Shown here piece after piece: positions 46,500-59,460 of a DNA stretch of 64,000 nt. The DNA lies in contig CM059432.1 in the NCBI GenBank assembly GCA_030390025.1, positions 71,984,001 to 72,048,000 of the forward strand, read 5' to 3'. Position 1 is the stretch's first letter, and each line of letters starts with the position of its first letter. Under the pieces are notes generated by a model. That model searched no databases and was not told the DNA's origin. It was given only the letters and a program-made list of their open reading frames with translations. Position numbers and translations under genes: made by a program. The DNA is from Squalus acanthias. Lineage: Eukaryota.

Positions 46500-46868
46500 A
46501 AAGAAAGACTTGCATTTATATAGCGCCTTTCACAACCACTCGATTTCTCAAAGTGCTTTACAGCCAGTGAAGTACTTTTGAAGTGGAGTCACTGTTGTAA
46601 TGTGGGAAACGCAGCAGCCAATTTGCGCACGGCAAGCTCCCACAAACAGTAATGTGCTAATGACCAGATAATCTGTTTTTGTTATGTTGATTGAGGGATA
46701 AATATTGGCCAGGACACCAGGGATAACTCCCCTGCTCTTCTTCGAAATAGTGCCATGGGACCTTTTACGGCCACCTGAGAGACCAGACGGGGTTTAACGT
46801 CTCATCCAAAAGACGGCACCTCTGACAGTGCAGCACTCCCTCAGCACTGCACTGGGGTGTCAGCCTAG
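46500..46868 (-). mobile_element. DeuSINE copy, 5'-truncated
   Basis: Reverse complement of ~44525-44892. Confidence 0.85.
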
Positions 46869-47449
46869 CTAAAAAGCAAACAAAAATAAATGAACTAGAT
46901 TTCCCACTGGACCATCCAATGGGATCAGGGTCTGAGTTTATACAGGTGTGAGTGATGTGCAGAATCTCAATAAGGATGTAGTGATGGACTGATTGAATAG
47001 AGAAACAAGACCAATACATATGAATTATCCTTCTGTTTCCCCATAGCTTTTCTAACAATCGGTTAAAACAGTTTTGTTTCATTTAGAGAGATGGAATGAT
47101 TTTTTTTTAATTAATTAATTTTTCTTGCTAATTTTTATCTGGGACATCCTGAGGATGTGAAAGGCGCTATATAAATGCAATGCCCAATGCCTCTTTCTTC
47201 CCTTCCTAAAGGCATTGACCTCGAAATTCATCTCGGGCGGTGGCGCAACACGGGCGGTATCAGATCAGCCGCCCGTTATACACGTGCCTGATATTCAGCT
47301 CCATTGACTGCAATAGAACGATGTGAGAGTCTGGATAATGAGGTTCTGAATGTGCTCAATTTTTTAAGTGTTCCTTTTGTGCCAGAATGACAATTGTACT
47401 CACTGCAAATTGGAGTGTATCCAGTTTCTGCCGGGTTTCCACCTCGTCA

Positions 47450-47570
47450 TACGAAGAGAAAGGTCATCAACGTGAAACGTTAACTCTGTTTCTCTCTTCA
47501 CCGATGCTGCCTGGCCTGACGAGTGTTTTACAGCATTTTCTGTTTTTATTTTATATTAAATATTTGCAGC
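47450..47570 (+). mobile_element. Short Penelope-derived repeat, hammerhead core degenerate
   Basis: AGGTCATCAACGTGAAACGTTAACTCTGTTTCTCTC matches the other two copies; CTGANGA is lost. Confidence 0.7.
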
Positions 47571-48009
47571 TCCTCTGTATGTGAATGGAACACTTCCACT
47601 TCAAGGCTCTCAGAACACTTTTTTAAAAGACAGATGCATCTCTCTCTTTTAGAAACTTCCTTCTCAAAATGAATCAACAATATTCTCAGGCCTTTCAAGT
47701 CTTGTTTAATTTCAGTGACATTCAGTATTTTTTCCTGGGAAGAAACGAACCTCTTGCTGTGTGTCTCATTGCTGCGGAAAAGCATAGTTCATGCTTAATA
47801 TTAAAATATGAAATCTGATTATCCAATTCGTAGCTTGGATTTGCATATCAAATCAAACAGTCTGAACCACAAATCCAAACGTCTGATTGGGAATGTACAT
47901 AGCACAGGGGAGGATCTCCAATGCCAGGTTAAACTCTTGCATATTGCTGAGGTGTGCAATCATGCACCTGTTTATGTGGTTACTACATTTAACCAGACCT
48001 ATGTAACCT

Positions 48010-49053
48010 GAGCTTTTCCCCTGTGTCCATTCGCACTTTGGTTGCCGCTCCAGACCCGAGCCAATCATTTTTTTTCCACTTTTTCTCCCCCTTTTCCTTT
48101 TCTCTCTATCCCTCCCTGACCGCTCTCTCCTGTCGTCATGCCTCCTTTCATCTCTCCTCTCTCGGATACTCTGCCCTCCCAAATCCCTATCCCAATCCTT
48201 CATTACTCTTCGACCTTCCTACTCTCCTGCCGCTATCCCAGGCTTGACTCCCTTTTAGATAAGCCTACAGCTTCCCTCTGTGCTTCTCTTGGCATCCTAC
48301 GAAGGGCCCATCGAGGCAGTTGTCACTGCCTCCTTAGGAGCAGCAATCCCATCTGTTCCATCCTACTCTCTCGCCGACCTTCCCGCCCAGCACACCCACT
48401 GGGGACTAATCTTGCCAAACTCCTCCCCGTCCAATTCACACCCCGCCCCAGCGCTGACCCTGTGGACACTGGCAGTGGGTCAGCCATCACCGACCCTCTC
48501 CGCATCTCCCTCCAGAATGTCCGTTCACTTGCGAACAAGGTGATTGCATCGACATCATGGCCCTGATGGAAACTTGGTTGAGGGGTGATGACAACTTACC
48601 CTTACCCTTAAATAAAGCCTCCCTGCCTGGCTATACCTTCCACCACTCAGACCGCCGTGGTGGCGGTGTGGCTCTCATCACCAAATCACACCTTGGTCTG
48701 TCCCCCGACTCCACTGGGACTTTCTCCTCCTTTGAGCACCTCACCTTATTCCACCCCTCTCACCTCTCAATTAAAATTCTCGTCCTCGACCACCCACCCA
48801 AGAACCATAAAAACTTTATTACCGAGATATCTTCACTGCTTTCCTGCCTCAGCCTCTGCACCGAATGACTTCTCACCCTACTTCCTTCTGTGTCCACCCC
48901 TGGAAAAATCTCTCTTCCCAACTCTCTTACAACTGCACCTATGAAATCCCAACTGTCCAGCCTTTGACCCTCCATTCACTATGACAGCGACTGATCTGCT
49001 CAACCATACCCTCACCACCACCTTTGATGACCTAGTCCCTATTAAAACAATTA
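48010..49053 (+). mobile_element. L2 LINE, endonuclease portion (decayed)
   Basis: LQNVRSLANK, ALMETWL, RRGGGVALI, SSFEHL. Confidence 0.85.
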
Positions 49054-49414
49054 GGGGGAGAAATTCAGTATCGCCCCATTTGGGGCGCAATTATCGGCCA
49101 GGCGCAAAGATTAGCGCCTGGCGCTAATTATCGCCTCCGACTGCAAACTTGACTTTTATCGCCCCTGGAGGTGATTGGAGCGCTAAATCAGGCGCTACAC
49201 ACCTGTCTTAAGGCGCAAAGGCCGAGGAGCGAGGCGCTACCTCAGAGCGCGGGTGCAGCGCAGGTGCTGTCAGTTAGCGATGGAACACAGACACACTGGC
49301 GCCGGACAGTTCATAAAGGGGAGGGTCGATCTTGCACTCCAGCCACACCCTGCTCATTGGAGCCTTGAATCTCGGCCCGGAGAGACCTGTGCCTAAATCT
49401 TCCAGCCAAGGACT

Positions 49415-51233
49415 ATGGAGAGGGTGAGAGAACGAGCTCAGCGCTTCAGCGAGCGGGCCTTGGATGCTCTGGTTGGCGCGGTGGAGCGCAGAAGATCTAT
49501 ACTCTTCCCTGAGAGTGGCAGGAGGCCTTTGCCGCGCAAGTACAGAAGAGTGTGGAGGCAGGTGGCTCAGAGCGTCTCCTCCAGGAGCATGGTGCCCAGG
49601 ACCCATATACAATGTCGAAAAAAGTTCAACGACCTCACTCGGGTCGTCAGGGTGAGTGGCTTATTTTCAATACCTCTCCATCCCTCCATCTCAACCTCAC
49701 TCTATGGCCAGATGGTCTTAAAACCCCAATGCCCAACACTCATCCAACACCTATGGCCCTCTCATGAAACACACACGCACATTCCACACTTTGCATACAG
49801 TAAGGGCTATTCAACTATGGGAGGCACATCAAGCAAGACCATGGCTGCATACAGTAAGGGCTATTCTCCTATGGGAGGCACATCAGGCAAGACCATGGCT
49901 GTATATTTACTCAGACGCCGTCCTTTTTCTTGCAGGCCAAGCTATCTCATAATAGGAGACAGCAGCAACGGACGGGTGGAGGGCGGCCTCAGCTGCAACC
50001 CCTCAGCGATCTTGAGGCGCGCGTCCACAGGATTGTGGCAAGCCGGGTGATCGGTCCCGTCACCACTGGAGACGCCGGCCCCGTTCTGGACAGTAATGGT
50101 AAGGTCATCACCTTTTTGTCCTCTGTCCTTCCACTTGTCCCTCACAACACCAGCCTTTAACACTTTCAATCCAACTTACTAAATCGCTGCACTCATTCCT
50201 CCCTTACTGCCCCCCTGTCCTCACGCTAAAGCCACTCTTGTACCTCCCTGCTTTCAGATGGTGATTCACCAGCTGAGGAGACGGGCCCTCAAGCTGCCAG
50301 TGGGAGTGAAGCTGCAGGCGAGGAGGAAGATGAAGCCGAAGCATCAGCGCCACCCTCTCCCGAGGAAGCCCATGCCCACACTGGGAACACGCCTTCCCTG
50401 GAGGGGAGCAGGGGGGTAGGGTCTGATGCGGGTGAAGCTCCAGGACCCAGCGGGCTGCAGCAACGCGATGGGGGTAGGGAAGCTCTGGGGCCTTCTCCCC
50501 GGAGGGAGAGTATGCCAGCGAGTCCTACTGCACTGGACGCAGAGGAGGAACGGCTCATCGCTGAAATGAACACCCAGGCGGTGGACATGCACACTGAGCT
50601 CATGGGTGCAGTGGGAAGGGTGCCCGAATGCATTGAATCACTGGCAAGAAGTGTGGAGCACTTCGCTGTAGCACAGGCGGATGGCACGCAAATGTTTAGT
50701 GCTGCAATTCAGTCAATGGCTGCCATGGCCCCATCTCTGACTGCTCTCATGCAGACTCAGATTGAGGCCACACGAGCACTGATGCTGCCATCCTGGCTGG
50801 TTCGGACACATTTCCCCGGGGCTCTCACCGCGCTGCAGCAGGCCAGCAATCTGTGCTCCAGCAGATTGCTCCGGATGCTGAAGTGCTGCCCCGTGGGAGT
50901 GCCAGTGTGTCGGTCGAGCAGGGAGTTGCTGTCCTCTCTCAAGATGACAGCATTCCTGCTGCCACCACTGTCACTTCTCCACTGCACTTGCCACCGCCTG
51001 TAGGACAGACTGCTGCCGCCCATGCAGAGTTGGTGCAGTCTGCAGCCGGGCCCTCCAGGCCCAGAGCTGGTCGAGGCCGTCCTTCAAGGGCATATGCAGT
51101 CTCAGGTTCTGACAATCAGCAGCCTTCCACCAGCCTTGCTGCGGCCACTGGGGTCCCATTACGGAGGAGCAGTAGGGTGGGAAGGGGGAAAGTGCGCAAG
51201 GGAAGGAGATCACCCTCGAAGGGCAAAAAGTAG
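49415..51233 (+). pseudogene. Myb/SANT-like gene of Harbinger E, exons 49415-49651, 49936-50098, 50258-51233; frameshift near 50785
   Basis: Same exons and splice sites as B; CTGATGCTGCC versus CTGACTGCTGCC 1-nt deletion. Confidence 0.85.
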
Positions 51234-51544
51234 GAGGTGTGACAAAATGTTGGTCACTTTTTTATTAAAGGCCGAGGTTCGTGGTCAAACTTTTGTTTAG
51301 TGTTTTGGACATTATCTCCTGGTTGTGAGAACCAGTTATGTTAATGACTGTTTTTTTGTGTTTATTTCTATTAGTTTGTCATGAGGAAATGACACACACA
51401 GAGTTTGTAAAATAAATAAGTTTTTGTATTCAAAATGTACATGTTTGGTCTTTGGAATCATTGCTGCCTTGGCCGGCTTAGGGGTTGCGGGTTGGTTTCA
51501 TTCATATTGTTCTCAATGGCAGAAGCCATTTCCTCAGCAGGGGC

Positions 51545-52705
51545 CTAGAAGCGGCTTGCTATCAGCCGTTGACGGACGGCCCTTCCAGTTTCTACATTGT
51601 GGGCCTCCCTCCCGCCTTGGTGCTGCTGATGATCATCCTCCTCCTCTTCCTCCTCCTCTTCCTCCTCCTCCTCTGGTGGTGCTCCAAGGCCTGGTGGCAT
51701 TGGCTGGGTCCTGAGGATTGCCAGGTTATGCAGCATGCAGCACACAACTACGAAGTGGGAAACTTGCTCAGGCGAGTACTGCAGGGCTCCTCCAGAATGG
51801 TCCAGACAGCGGAACCGTTGCTTCAGCACACCAATTGTGTGGTCAACGATGTTCCTGGTAGCTTGATGGCTCTCGTTGTACCGCAGCTCAGCAGGGGTGT
51901 TGGGCGTACGGAGCGGTGTCATCAGCCAGGTGCTCAGTGGATATCCCTTGTCCCCGAGAAGCCAACCAAGTGGCTGATGCGGTGCCTGGAAAAGTTCTGC
52001 CACAGTAGTCTGGCGCAGGATGAATGCATCGTGGCAGCTGCCAGGATAGTGGGCATTGACAGCGAGTATCAGCTGTCTGTGGTCACAGACCAACTGAACG
52101 TTTAAGGAATGGATCCCCTTTCTGTTGCGGAAATCTTCGGCATTCTCATGCGGAGCACGCAAAGCCACATACGTGCAGTCAATGGCGCCCTGCACCATGG
52201 GGAAGCCCGCTATCCTAACAAAGCCCATTGCGCGTTCTTGCTGCTTGTCTGGGGTCATGGGGAAAGAGATGTACTCTCTTCTCCTTTTAAAGAGGGCATT
52301 TGTGACCTGACGGATGCAGCAATGCACCGCGAACTGGGAGATATTGCCGATGTCCCCAGTAGCTGATTGAAATGAGCCAGTGGCATAAAAGTTCAGAGCC
52401 ACTGTGATCTTCACTGCCACCGACAGAGGCGTCCTGGACCTCAGTTGAGGCTGCAGATCTGGCTGCAGCAGGTGGCAGAGCTCAGTGACTACCTCCTAGT
52501 TGAAGCGCAGCCTTCGCAAACACAGCTCCTCAGACATATTAATATATGTGAATTGTTGGCGATATACCCTTGGAGGGCAAGGTCTCCTGTACAGAGGCCT
52601 GTTGGCCCTCCTCCATCTGGCCATGATTGCCACTCTCTCTCTGCGTATCTGTGTCCTCCGATTCTGGTGGCGCAGGACGACGCCCCCAATCAGTGCAGCC
52701 CCCAT
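51545..52705 (-). pseudogene. Harbinger E transposase with a single nonsense codon (TAG at 52498-52496)
   Basis: MGAALIGGVV..RLRFN* continues in frame into the 291-aa DDE ORF. Confidence 0.92.
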
Positions 52706-52950
52706 AGTCTCTTGGCAATCAAAGTTATGAATGTCAAAAACCAAAGTACCTGCAAAGTTATGATCAGTAGCCAAAACTACCTCACACAGCGTTGACTCAA
52801 TGCAGAAGTCTCTCTTTCTCTCTCTCCGAATCTCTCTCTCTCTCTTTCAGAACGAGTGGTGCAAAAATGTCTACCACAGAGAAAGACAGGAAGAGGCCCC
52901 CTTTAAATAGCGCCCCCCCAGCCCCACAGCGACTGGGGAGCGTTCCAGTC

Positions 52951-54425
52951 TTCCGCCCTTGCCACAGTACCGAAATGGCTCTCATCAAAGTCACAAATGA
53001 CATCCTTTGTGACTGTGACAAAGGTAAACTATCACTCCTCGTCCTTCTTGACTTGTCTGCAGCCTTTCACACGGTTGACCACTCCATCCTTCTCCACCGT
53101 CGTCCAGCTGGGTGGGACTGCACTCGCCTGGTTCCATTCTTATCTATCTAATCGTAGCCAGAGAATTACCTGCAACGGCTTCTCTTCCCGCTCCCGCATC
53201 ATTACCTCTGGTGTCCCCCAAGCATCTATCCTTGGCCCCCTCCTATTTCTCATCTATATGCTGCCCCTTGGCGACATTATCCGAAAACACAGCGTTAGTT
53301 TCCACATGTACACTGATGACACCCAGCTCTACCTCACCACCACGTCTCTCGACCCCTCCACGGTCTCTAAATTGTCAGACTGCTTGTCCGACATCCAGTT
53401 CTGGATGAGCAGAAATTTTCTCCAATTAAATATTGGGAAGACCGAAGCCATTGTTTTCAGTCCCCGCCACAAACTCCGTTCCCTAGCCACTGACTCCATC
53501 CCTCTCCCTAACATCTGTCTGAGGCTGAACCACACTGTTCGCAAACTTGGTGTCATATTCGACCCTGAAATGAGCTTCCAACCACATATCCGTCGCATAA
53601 GTAAGACCGCCTATTTCCACCTCCGTAACATCGCCTGTCTCCGCCCTTGCCTCAGTTCATTCACTGCGGAAACCCTCATCCATGCCTTTGTTACCTCTAG
53701 ACTTGACTATTCCAACGCACTAAAAACATAAGAAATAGGAGCAGGAGTAGGCCATACAGCCCCTCGAGCCTGCTCCGCCATTCAATAAGGTCATGGCTGA
53801 TCATCGACCTCAACTCCACTTTCCCGCCCCATGCATTCCATGAACTCGTCCTCCAGACTACCTTTGCCAATTTGATTTGTCCAGTCTATATGAAGATTAA
53901 AGCCTCCCACTTGCTACCTACATAAACTGGAGGTCATCCAAAACTCGGCTGCCCGTGTCCTAAATCGCACCAAGTCCTGTGCACCCAGCACCCCTGTGCT
54001 CGCTGACCGGTTAAGCAATGCCTCAATTTCAAAATTCTCATCCTTGTTTTCAAATCTCTCCATGGCCTTGCCCCTCCCTATCTCTGTAATCTCCTCCAGC
54101 CCCACAATCCCCTGAGATATCTGTGCTCCTCTAATTCTGCCCTCTTGAGCATCCCTGATTATAATCGCTCAACCATTGGTGGCCGTGCCTTCTGTTGCCT
54201 CGGCCCTAAGCTATGGAATTCCCTGCCTAAACCTCTCCACCTCTCTACCACTCTTTCCTCCTTTAAGACACTCCTTAAAACCTACCTCTTTGACCAAGCT
54301 TTGGGTCACCTGCCCTAATTTATCCTTACTTGACTCCAAATTTTTTGTCTTCTAATACTCCTGTGAAGCGCCTTGGGATGTTTTACTACGTTAAAGGCGC
54401 TATATAAATACAAGTTGTTGTTGTT
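52951..54425 (+). mobile_element. L2 LINE RT and 3' end, with a small CR1 tail insertion (~53722-53905)
   Basis: [51 protein letters not shown]; tail GGCGCTATATAAATACAAG(TTG)n. Confidence 0.92.
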
Positions 54426-57400
54426 GGTTTTCATGTAAATGAGTGGAATATAGACGGCAGCGGTCTCAAGTCATCGCTTCCTGGATGATCAGAAATTGAC
54501 ATTAACGATGATTATAAAGATGTCTGCAATTCTGGCCTGCCTTTTCCCTCTCAGTCTAAGTGGGATATATAATACTGGTTGGCTTAGAACAACAGGAAAA
54601 TTGAGGTGGGGGTAATCAGGAGAACATAAATCCCTATTTACTTCCATGATCTGTGATTGAGGCACCAAGCAAATACCAGCTAAATGTGCACTGTTAATAG
54701 ATATACCGCTCACATTTATTTTAATTCCTGCCACTCATATAATTTTCGTGAACACGTACATGATATTTAATGACACCTGTCCAATAGGACTGTTCTGTCT
54801 ACATATCATAAAGTTTTGCAGAGGTGAATCATTTAACATTTAATTATATTAATTAAAACTGATGTGGATTACACAAGTGTGTTGTCAACCACTAAAGCGT
54901 AAAACACAGGGTTAATTATGAATATCATTTGATTGTCATTTGTACTTTAAAGCTGCTTTCTTTCAGTCCCAGCAATTCTGCACCATGTCGCAGTGGAAGT
55001 AAACCTGTTGCGGTCAGTGGTGACATACTAAGAATTTGAGCAATGGTAATTAAAGACATAGTCATCCTGCTGTGGAAAGGAGTTGACGTTATTTCATTAT
55101 CAAATTTTGCTCAGCCGAGATTGCAAACCCTTCAATAAAATTCAAGCTTTCAACATAAATTGGATTTAAAAAAAAGCACCTCCACTTATTATTAGCATTG
55201 TATGTGGACTCTATACAGATCATAGCCTAGAATGATTATATAGAGTATTCCTGCATTGTATATTTTCCTGGTAATTACTTAAGGTCAATTAAAGTTGAAC
55301 AATTATGTTTCTAGTAAAAAAAACATTTTGAGGGAAAAGCTAAATCATTTTGAGGGCAAAAACTAGATTTAAAACCTATGGCCTAGAAATTGGATATGGC
55401 CCAAAAATGGGCGGTGTCATGGGCCAGCGCTATTTGCCTGCGCCCATTCAAAGTGGTGCAAGCAGCCCGCAAAATGAGTGCTGCCTGCTCATTATAATGA
55501 TTGGAGCACTGATCTCAACGCTAAACAAGCTAAACAGAGGGACTAATATCGGGTGCAGTCTAATGGCCAATAATGTTTGGCCTAGGCTCTCTGCACTACT
55601 TAAAGGGGATGTGCTTTGTTGCAGAAGCACCTCATTGCCATTGTAGAGCAAGCCATAGCACAGCAACCAAGGGAGCGAACAAGAAGGTTCTCAGATGCTG
55701 CACTGGAGGCCTTGATCCTGGCCGTGCAACCAAGGTAGGCTGTCCTTACCCATAGGGTGACAGGAGGCCATCCGAGGCCATTTGCAGAAAGCTGTGGGAG
55801 GAGATAGCCACCAGTGTGGTCCCAAGGACCTGGATCCAGTGCCGAAAAAATTTAATGACCTCACACGGCAGTGGACTATGTGATGGCCAGCGCTGTGGTG
55901 TCACAGTCCACCATCCAGTGCAGGAAGAAATTTAATGGCCTCACACAGCAGGTCAAGGTGAGTGAAGGCTTCAGCAAATGCCATATCCCACCATCTGCAC
56001 CACAAGCCTCACACACTGCTCAATGCACCGCACCCCCATCACTCACCTACCAGCAATCTCTAGCTATCACCACTCAGACCTCACAATCATGGCTTCACTT
56101 CACCCTCACAACCTTATCACTGCTGCAACACTCACACCCACATCTCACACCTTGCACACACTGACAGCTAGTCAACTCTGGCGGTCACATCACCCAAACA
56201 CATTGCACTACACTCACGGACACACTTCCCTTTCTCTTGCAGGCAAAGGTGGCACGTAACAGGAGGGAGCAGCAACAGATGGGAGGTGGCCAAGCCGCTA
56301 TACAGGACCTCACCTGGAAGAATCGGTGCTAGACATTATTGGAGGGGCAGTGACTGAGTCCGTGGCCACCGGAGAAGTTGAAGCCGTTGCTGATGATGGC
56401 GGTATGGTCATCCCTAATCCCTCTTCTCACATCCCACTTCCCCCTCATCCCACAATCTCTTCTCACTTACAAGCTGCTGATGGTGTATGCATGGATATCT
56501 TGCTTGCCCCCCTCCCTTCACCACGACCTGACCCTTATGACTTTTTGCTTTCAGATGCCCAAGAACTGCCAGCAGGCCAGCCTGTCCCTCATAATATTGA
56601 CCAAAGTGAAGGAGGAGACGAACAAGAAGAAGAAGAGACACCGTCATTGCATCTGAAACTCGCAAACACCAGCTCAGAAAATGGCACTGCGTGGATTTTA
56701 GAGGGTAGTATAGAGGCAGGATCTGCACATGGTGAGGCACTGGGCATGAGTGGGCTGCAGCCAAGCCAGAGGAAAAGGGTAGCTCAGGTGCCAGCTCCCC
56801 CGAGGGTGAGTTTGCGCACGAGTTCAGCTGCACAGGACTCAGATGATGACCTCGATGGGGCAGTCTGCAGAAGAAGGGTGATGGAAATGCACACAGAAAT
56901 GCTAGGTGCAATTGCAAGCCTGCCAGAGAGCCTCTTGTCAGTGTCAACGAGCATGGAGGAGTCTGGCTCCAACATTGGACTGGGCTTTGCGCAGAGCTTG
57001 GAGCCCATGATTTCCAGGATGAAAATGATGGACAACGGCAGGAAAGAACTTGTGGACCCAGCCATGATGCTGCATGTGGTGGGCGATGTCGCGGCTTCCA
57101 TTGCAGCACAGGCGTAGGCGACCTAACGTTTCAGTGCTGCAGTGGAAGTGCAGACTGCTCTCCTGCAGGTTCAGCTTGCTGCCACACAAGCTCAGACTGC
57201 TGCCATCGTCGCTGGGTTTACAAGTGTCGAAAGGGGCTTGCAGGATGTTACAGCAGTCCAGCAAACTGTCCTCCAACAGATTGCTAGGAATGCTGAGGCA
57301 CCGCCCCAGTGGAGTGACAGTGAGTCTGTGGAGCAAGAACCTGCTGTCCTCTCTCAGGATGACAGCATTCCTATGTCCACCACTGCCACTCCGCCATTGC

Positions 57401-58418
57401 CCTTGCCGCTGCCTATCAGCCAGCCCAGACTGCTGCCACCTATGCTGAGGTGGTGCAGTCTACAGCCGGGCCTTCTAGGTCCACAGCTGGCCGAAGTTGT
57501 CGTGCAAGGCCATCTGTAGTCTCCGCCACTGAGAGTCAGCAGCCTTCCAACAGCCATGCTGCAGCCACTGGGGTGCACTGCGTAGGAGCACTAGAATAGG
57601 TAAAACCACACGAACGGCAGACACAAAGGGAATGCACAAGGGTGATTAGCTGATATTGTAATTTTGTTTGCATTCGGATAAATTTATGATTTTTGTTTGG
57701 AATGTGTCTTTTGTTTTGCCCAGGAGGACACTGTGATGTTCGTGACAGAGGGATGGTATGATGGGGAAGTGGTGAACAACAGGGATCTGGGGTTTCATTC
57801 ACTGGAATTGGAGTCTGATGAGGTGCGCACGGACAGCCCGTCCGGAACAGAGATCTGCAGCCTGCCTCCTCCCTTCCTCCTCTTCCTCCTCCTCCTCTTC
57901 CTTCTCTTCTTCCTCCTCCTCCTGAGGTGGTCCCGCGATCCCCGAATACTGGAGGGCTCCTCCTGAGCGGTTAAGGCAGCGGAACCATTGCTTCAGCACC
58001 CCAATGGTCTGCTCAATAATGTTGCTGGTGGCAGCATGGGTGTCATTATATGAATGCTGGCCGCGAGTGGTGGGGTTGCAGAGGGGAGTCATCAGCCAGG
58101 TGCAGAATGGATAGCCCTTGTCTCCGAGGAGCCATCCTTGGGTTTGATGTGTTGGCTGGAAGATTGCTGGCACACCAGACTGGCACAGAATGAAGGCATC
58201 ATGACTACTGCCAGGATAGCGGGCATTCACCATCACAATGCACTGAGTGTGGTCGCACAACAACTTAAGTGAGTGGTAGCCTTTGCGGTTACGGAACATC
58301 TCAGGATTGGTATACGGTGCCCGCAAAGCCATGTGGTGCAGTCGATGGCGCCCTGCACCATGGGGAAGCCCGCTATCCTGGCAAAGCCACATGCACGCCC
58401 CTCCTGCTTCTCTCTGTT

Positions 58419-58780
58419 TAAGAAATAAGAGCAGGAGTAGGCCATATGGCCTTTCGAGCCTACTCCGCCATTCAACAAAATCATGGCTGATCATCGACCT
58501 CAACTCCACTTTCCCGCCCCATCTCCGTATCCCTTGATTCCCCTAGAGTCCAAAAATCTATCTATCTCAGCCTTGAATATACTCAAAGACTCTGGGGCAG
58601 AGAATTCCAAAGATTCACAACCCTCTGAGTGAAGAAATTCCTCCTCATCTCAGTCTTAAATGGCCTACCCCTTATCCTGAGACTATGCCCCCTAGTTCTA
58701 GACAGTCCAGCCAGGGGAAACAACCTCTCAGCATCTACCCTGTCAATCCCCTTCAGAATCTTGTATGTGTTAATGAGATC
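58419..58780 (-). mobile_element. CR1 3' end (RT C-terminus + UTR) inserted in the Harbinger F transposase
   Basis: DLINTYKILKGIDRVDAERLFPLAG..FFTQRVVNLWNSLPQ. Confidence 0.92.
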
Positions 58781-59460
58781 GGGGACATTCACACACTCAC
58801 TCAAACACTGTCTACACTGGGCTCCCTGGGCCTGATATTGTGACGAGCCGCTCTCCCCCGGGCCGGACCGCCCGCGGGGCCAGTGATAGGGGACATTCAC
58901 ACGCTCGCTCAAACACTGTCTACATTGGACTACCTAGGTCTGATATTGTGGTGAGCTGCTCTCCCTTGGGCTGCCCGCGGGGCCAGTGATAGGGGACATT
59001 CACACGCTCGCTCAAACACTGTCTACATTGGACTACCTGGGTCTGATATTGTGGTGAGCTGCTCTCCCCTGGGCCGCCCGTGGGGCCAGTGATTGGGGAC
59101 ATTCACACGCTCACTCACAGACTGACAACACTGGACTACCTGGGTCTGATACTGTGACGAGCCGCTCTCCCTGGGCCGGACCGCCCACGGGGCCAGTGAT
59201 TGGGGACATTCACACGCTCACTCACACACTGACTACACTGGGCTCCCGGGGCCTGATATTGTGACGAGCCGCTCTCCCTGGGCTGGACCGCCCACGGGGC
59301 CGGTGCTCAGGGACAGTCACAAGCTCACAATGACTACACTGGGTTCCCTGGGCCTGATATTGTGGAGAGCCGCTCTCCCTGGGCCGCCCGCGGGGCCAGT
59401 GATCGGGGACATTCACACGCTCACTCACACACTGTCTACACTGGGCTCCCAGGGCCTGGG
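58781..59460. repeat. GC-rich minisatellite, about 6.5 units of 96-108 bp
   Basis: Units begin GGGGACATTCACAC (or a variant) at 58781, 58889, 58992, 59095, 59202, ~59309, 59405. Confidence 0.95.

Larger units (their letters stand above)
49054..52955. mobile_element. Harbinger E, inverted sibling of B, one end deleted
   Basis: TIR GGGGGAGAAATT preceded by TTA; collinear with 37279 to ~33395 in reverse. Confidence 0.93.

Noticed and set aside
47546..48011. Coding-like ORFs in unique sequence
   Set aside because: Short, discontinuous frames with no recognisable domain.
58781..59460. CRISPR array
   Set aside because: Whole units repeat without unique spacers; eukaryotic context; no cas genes.
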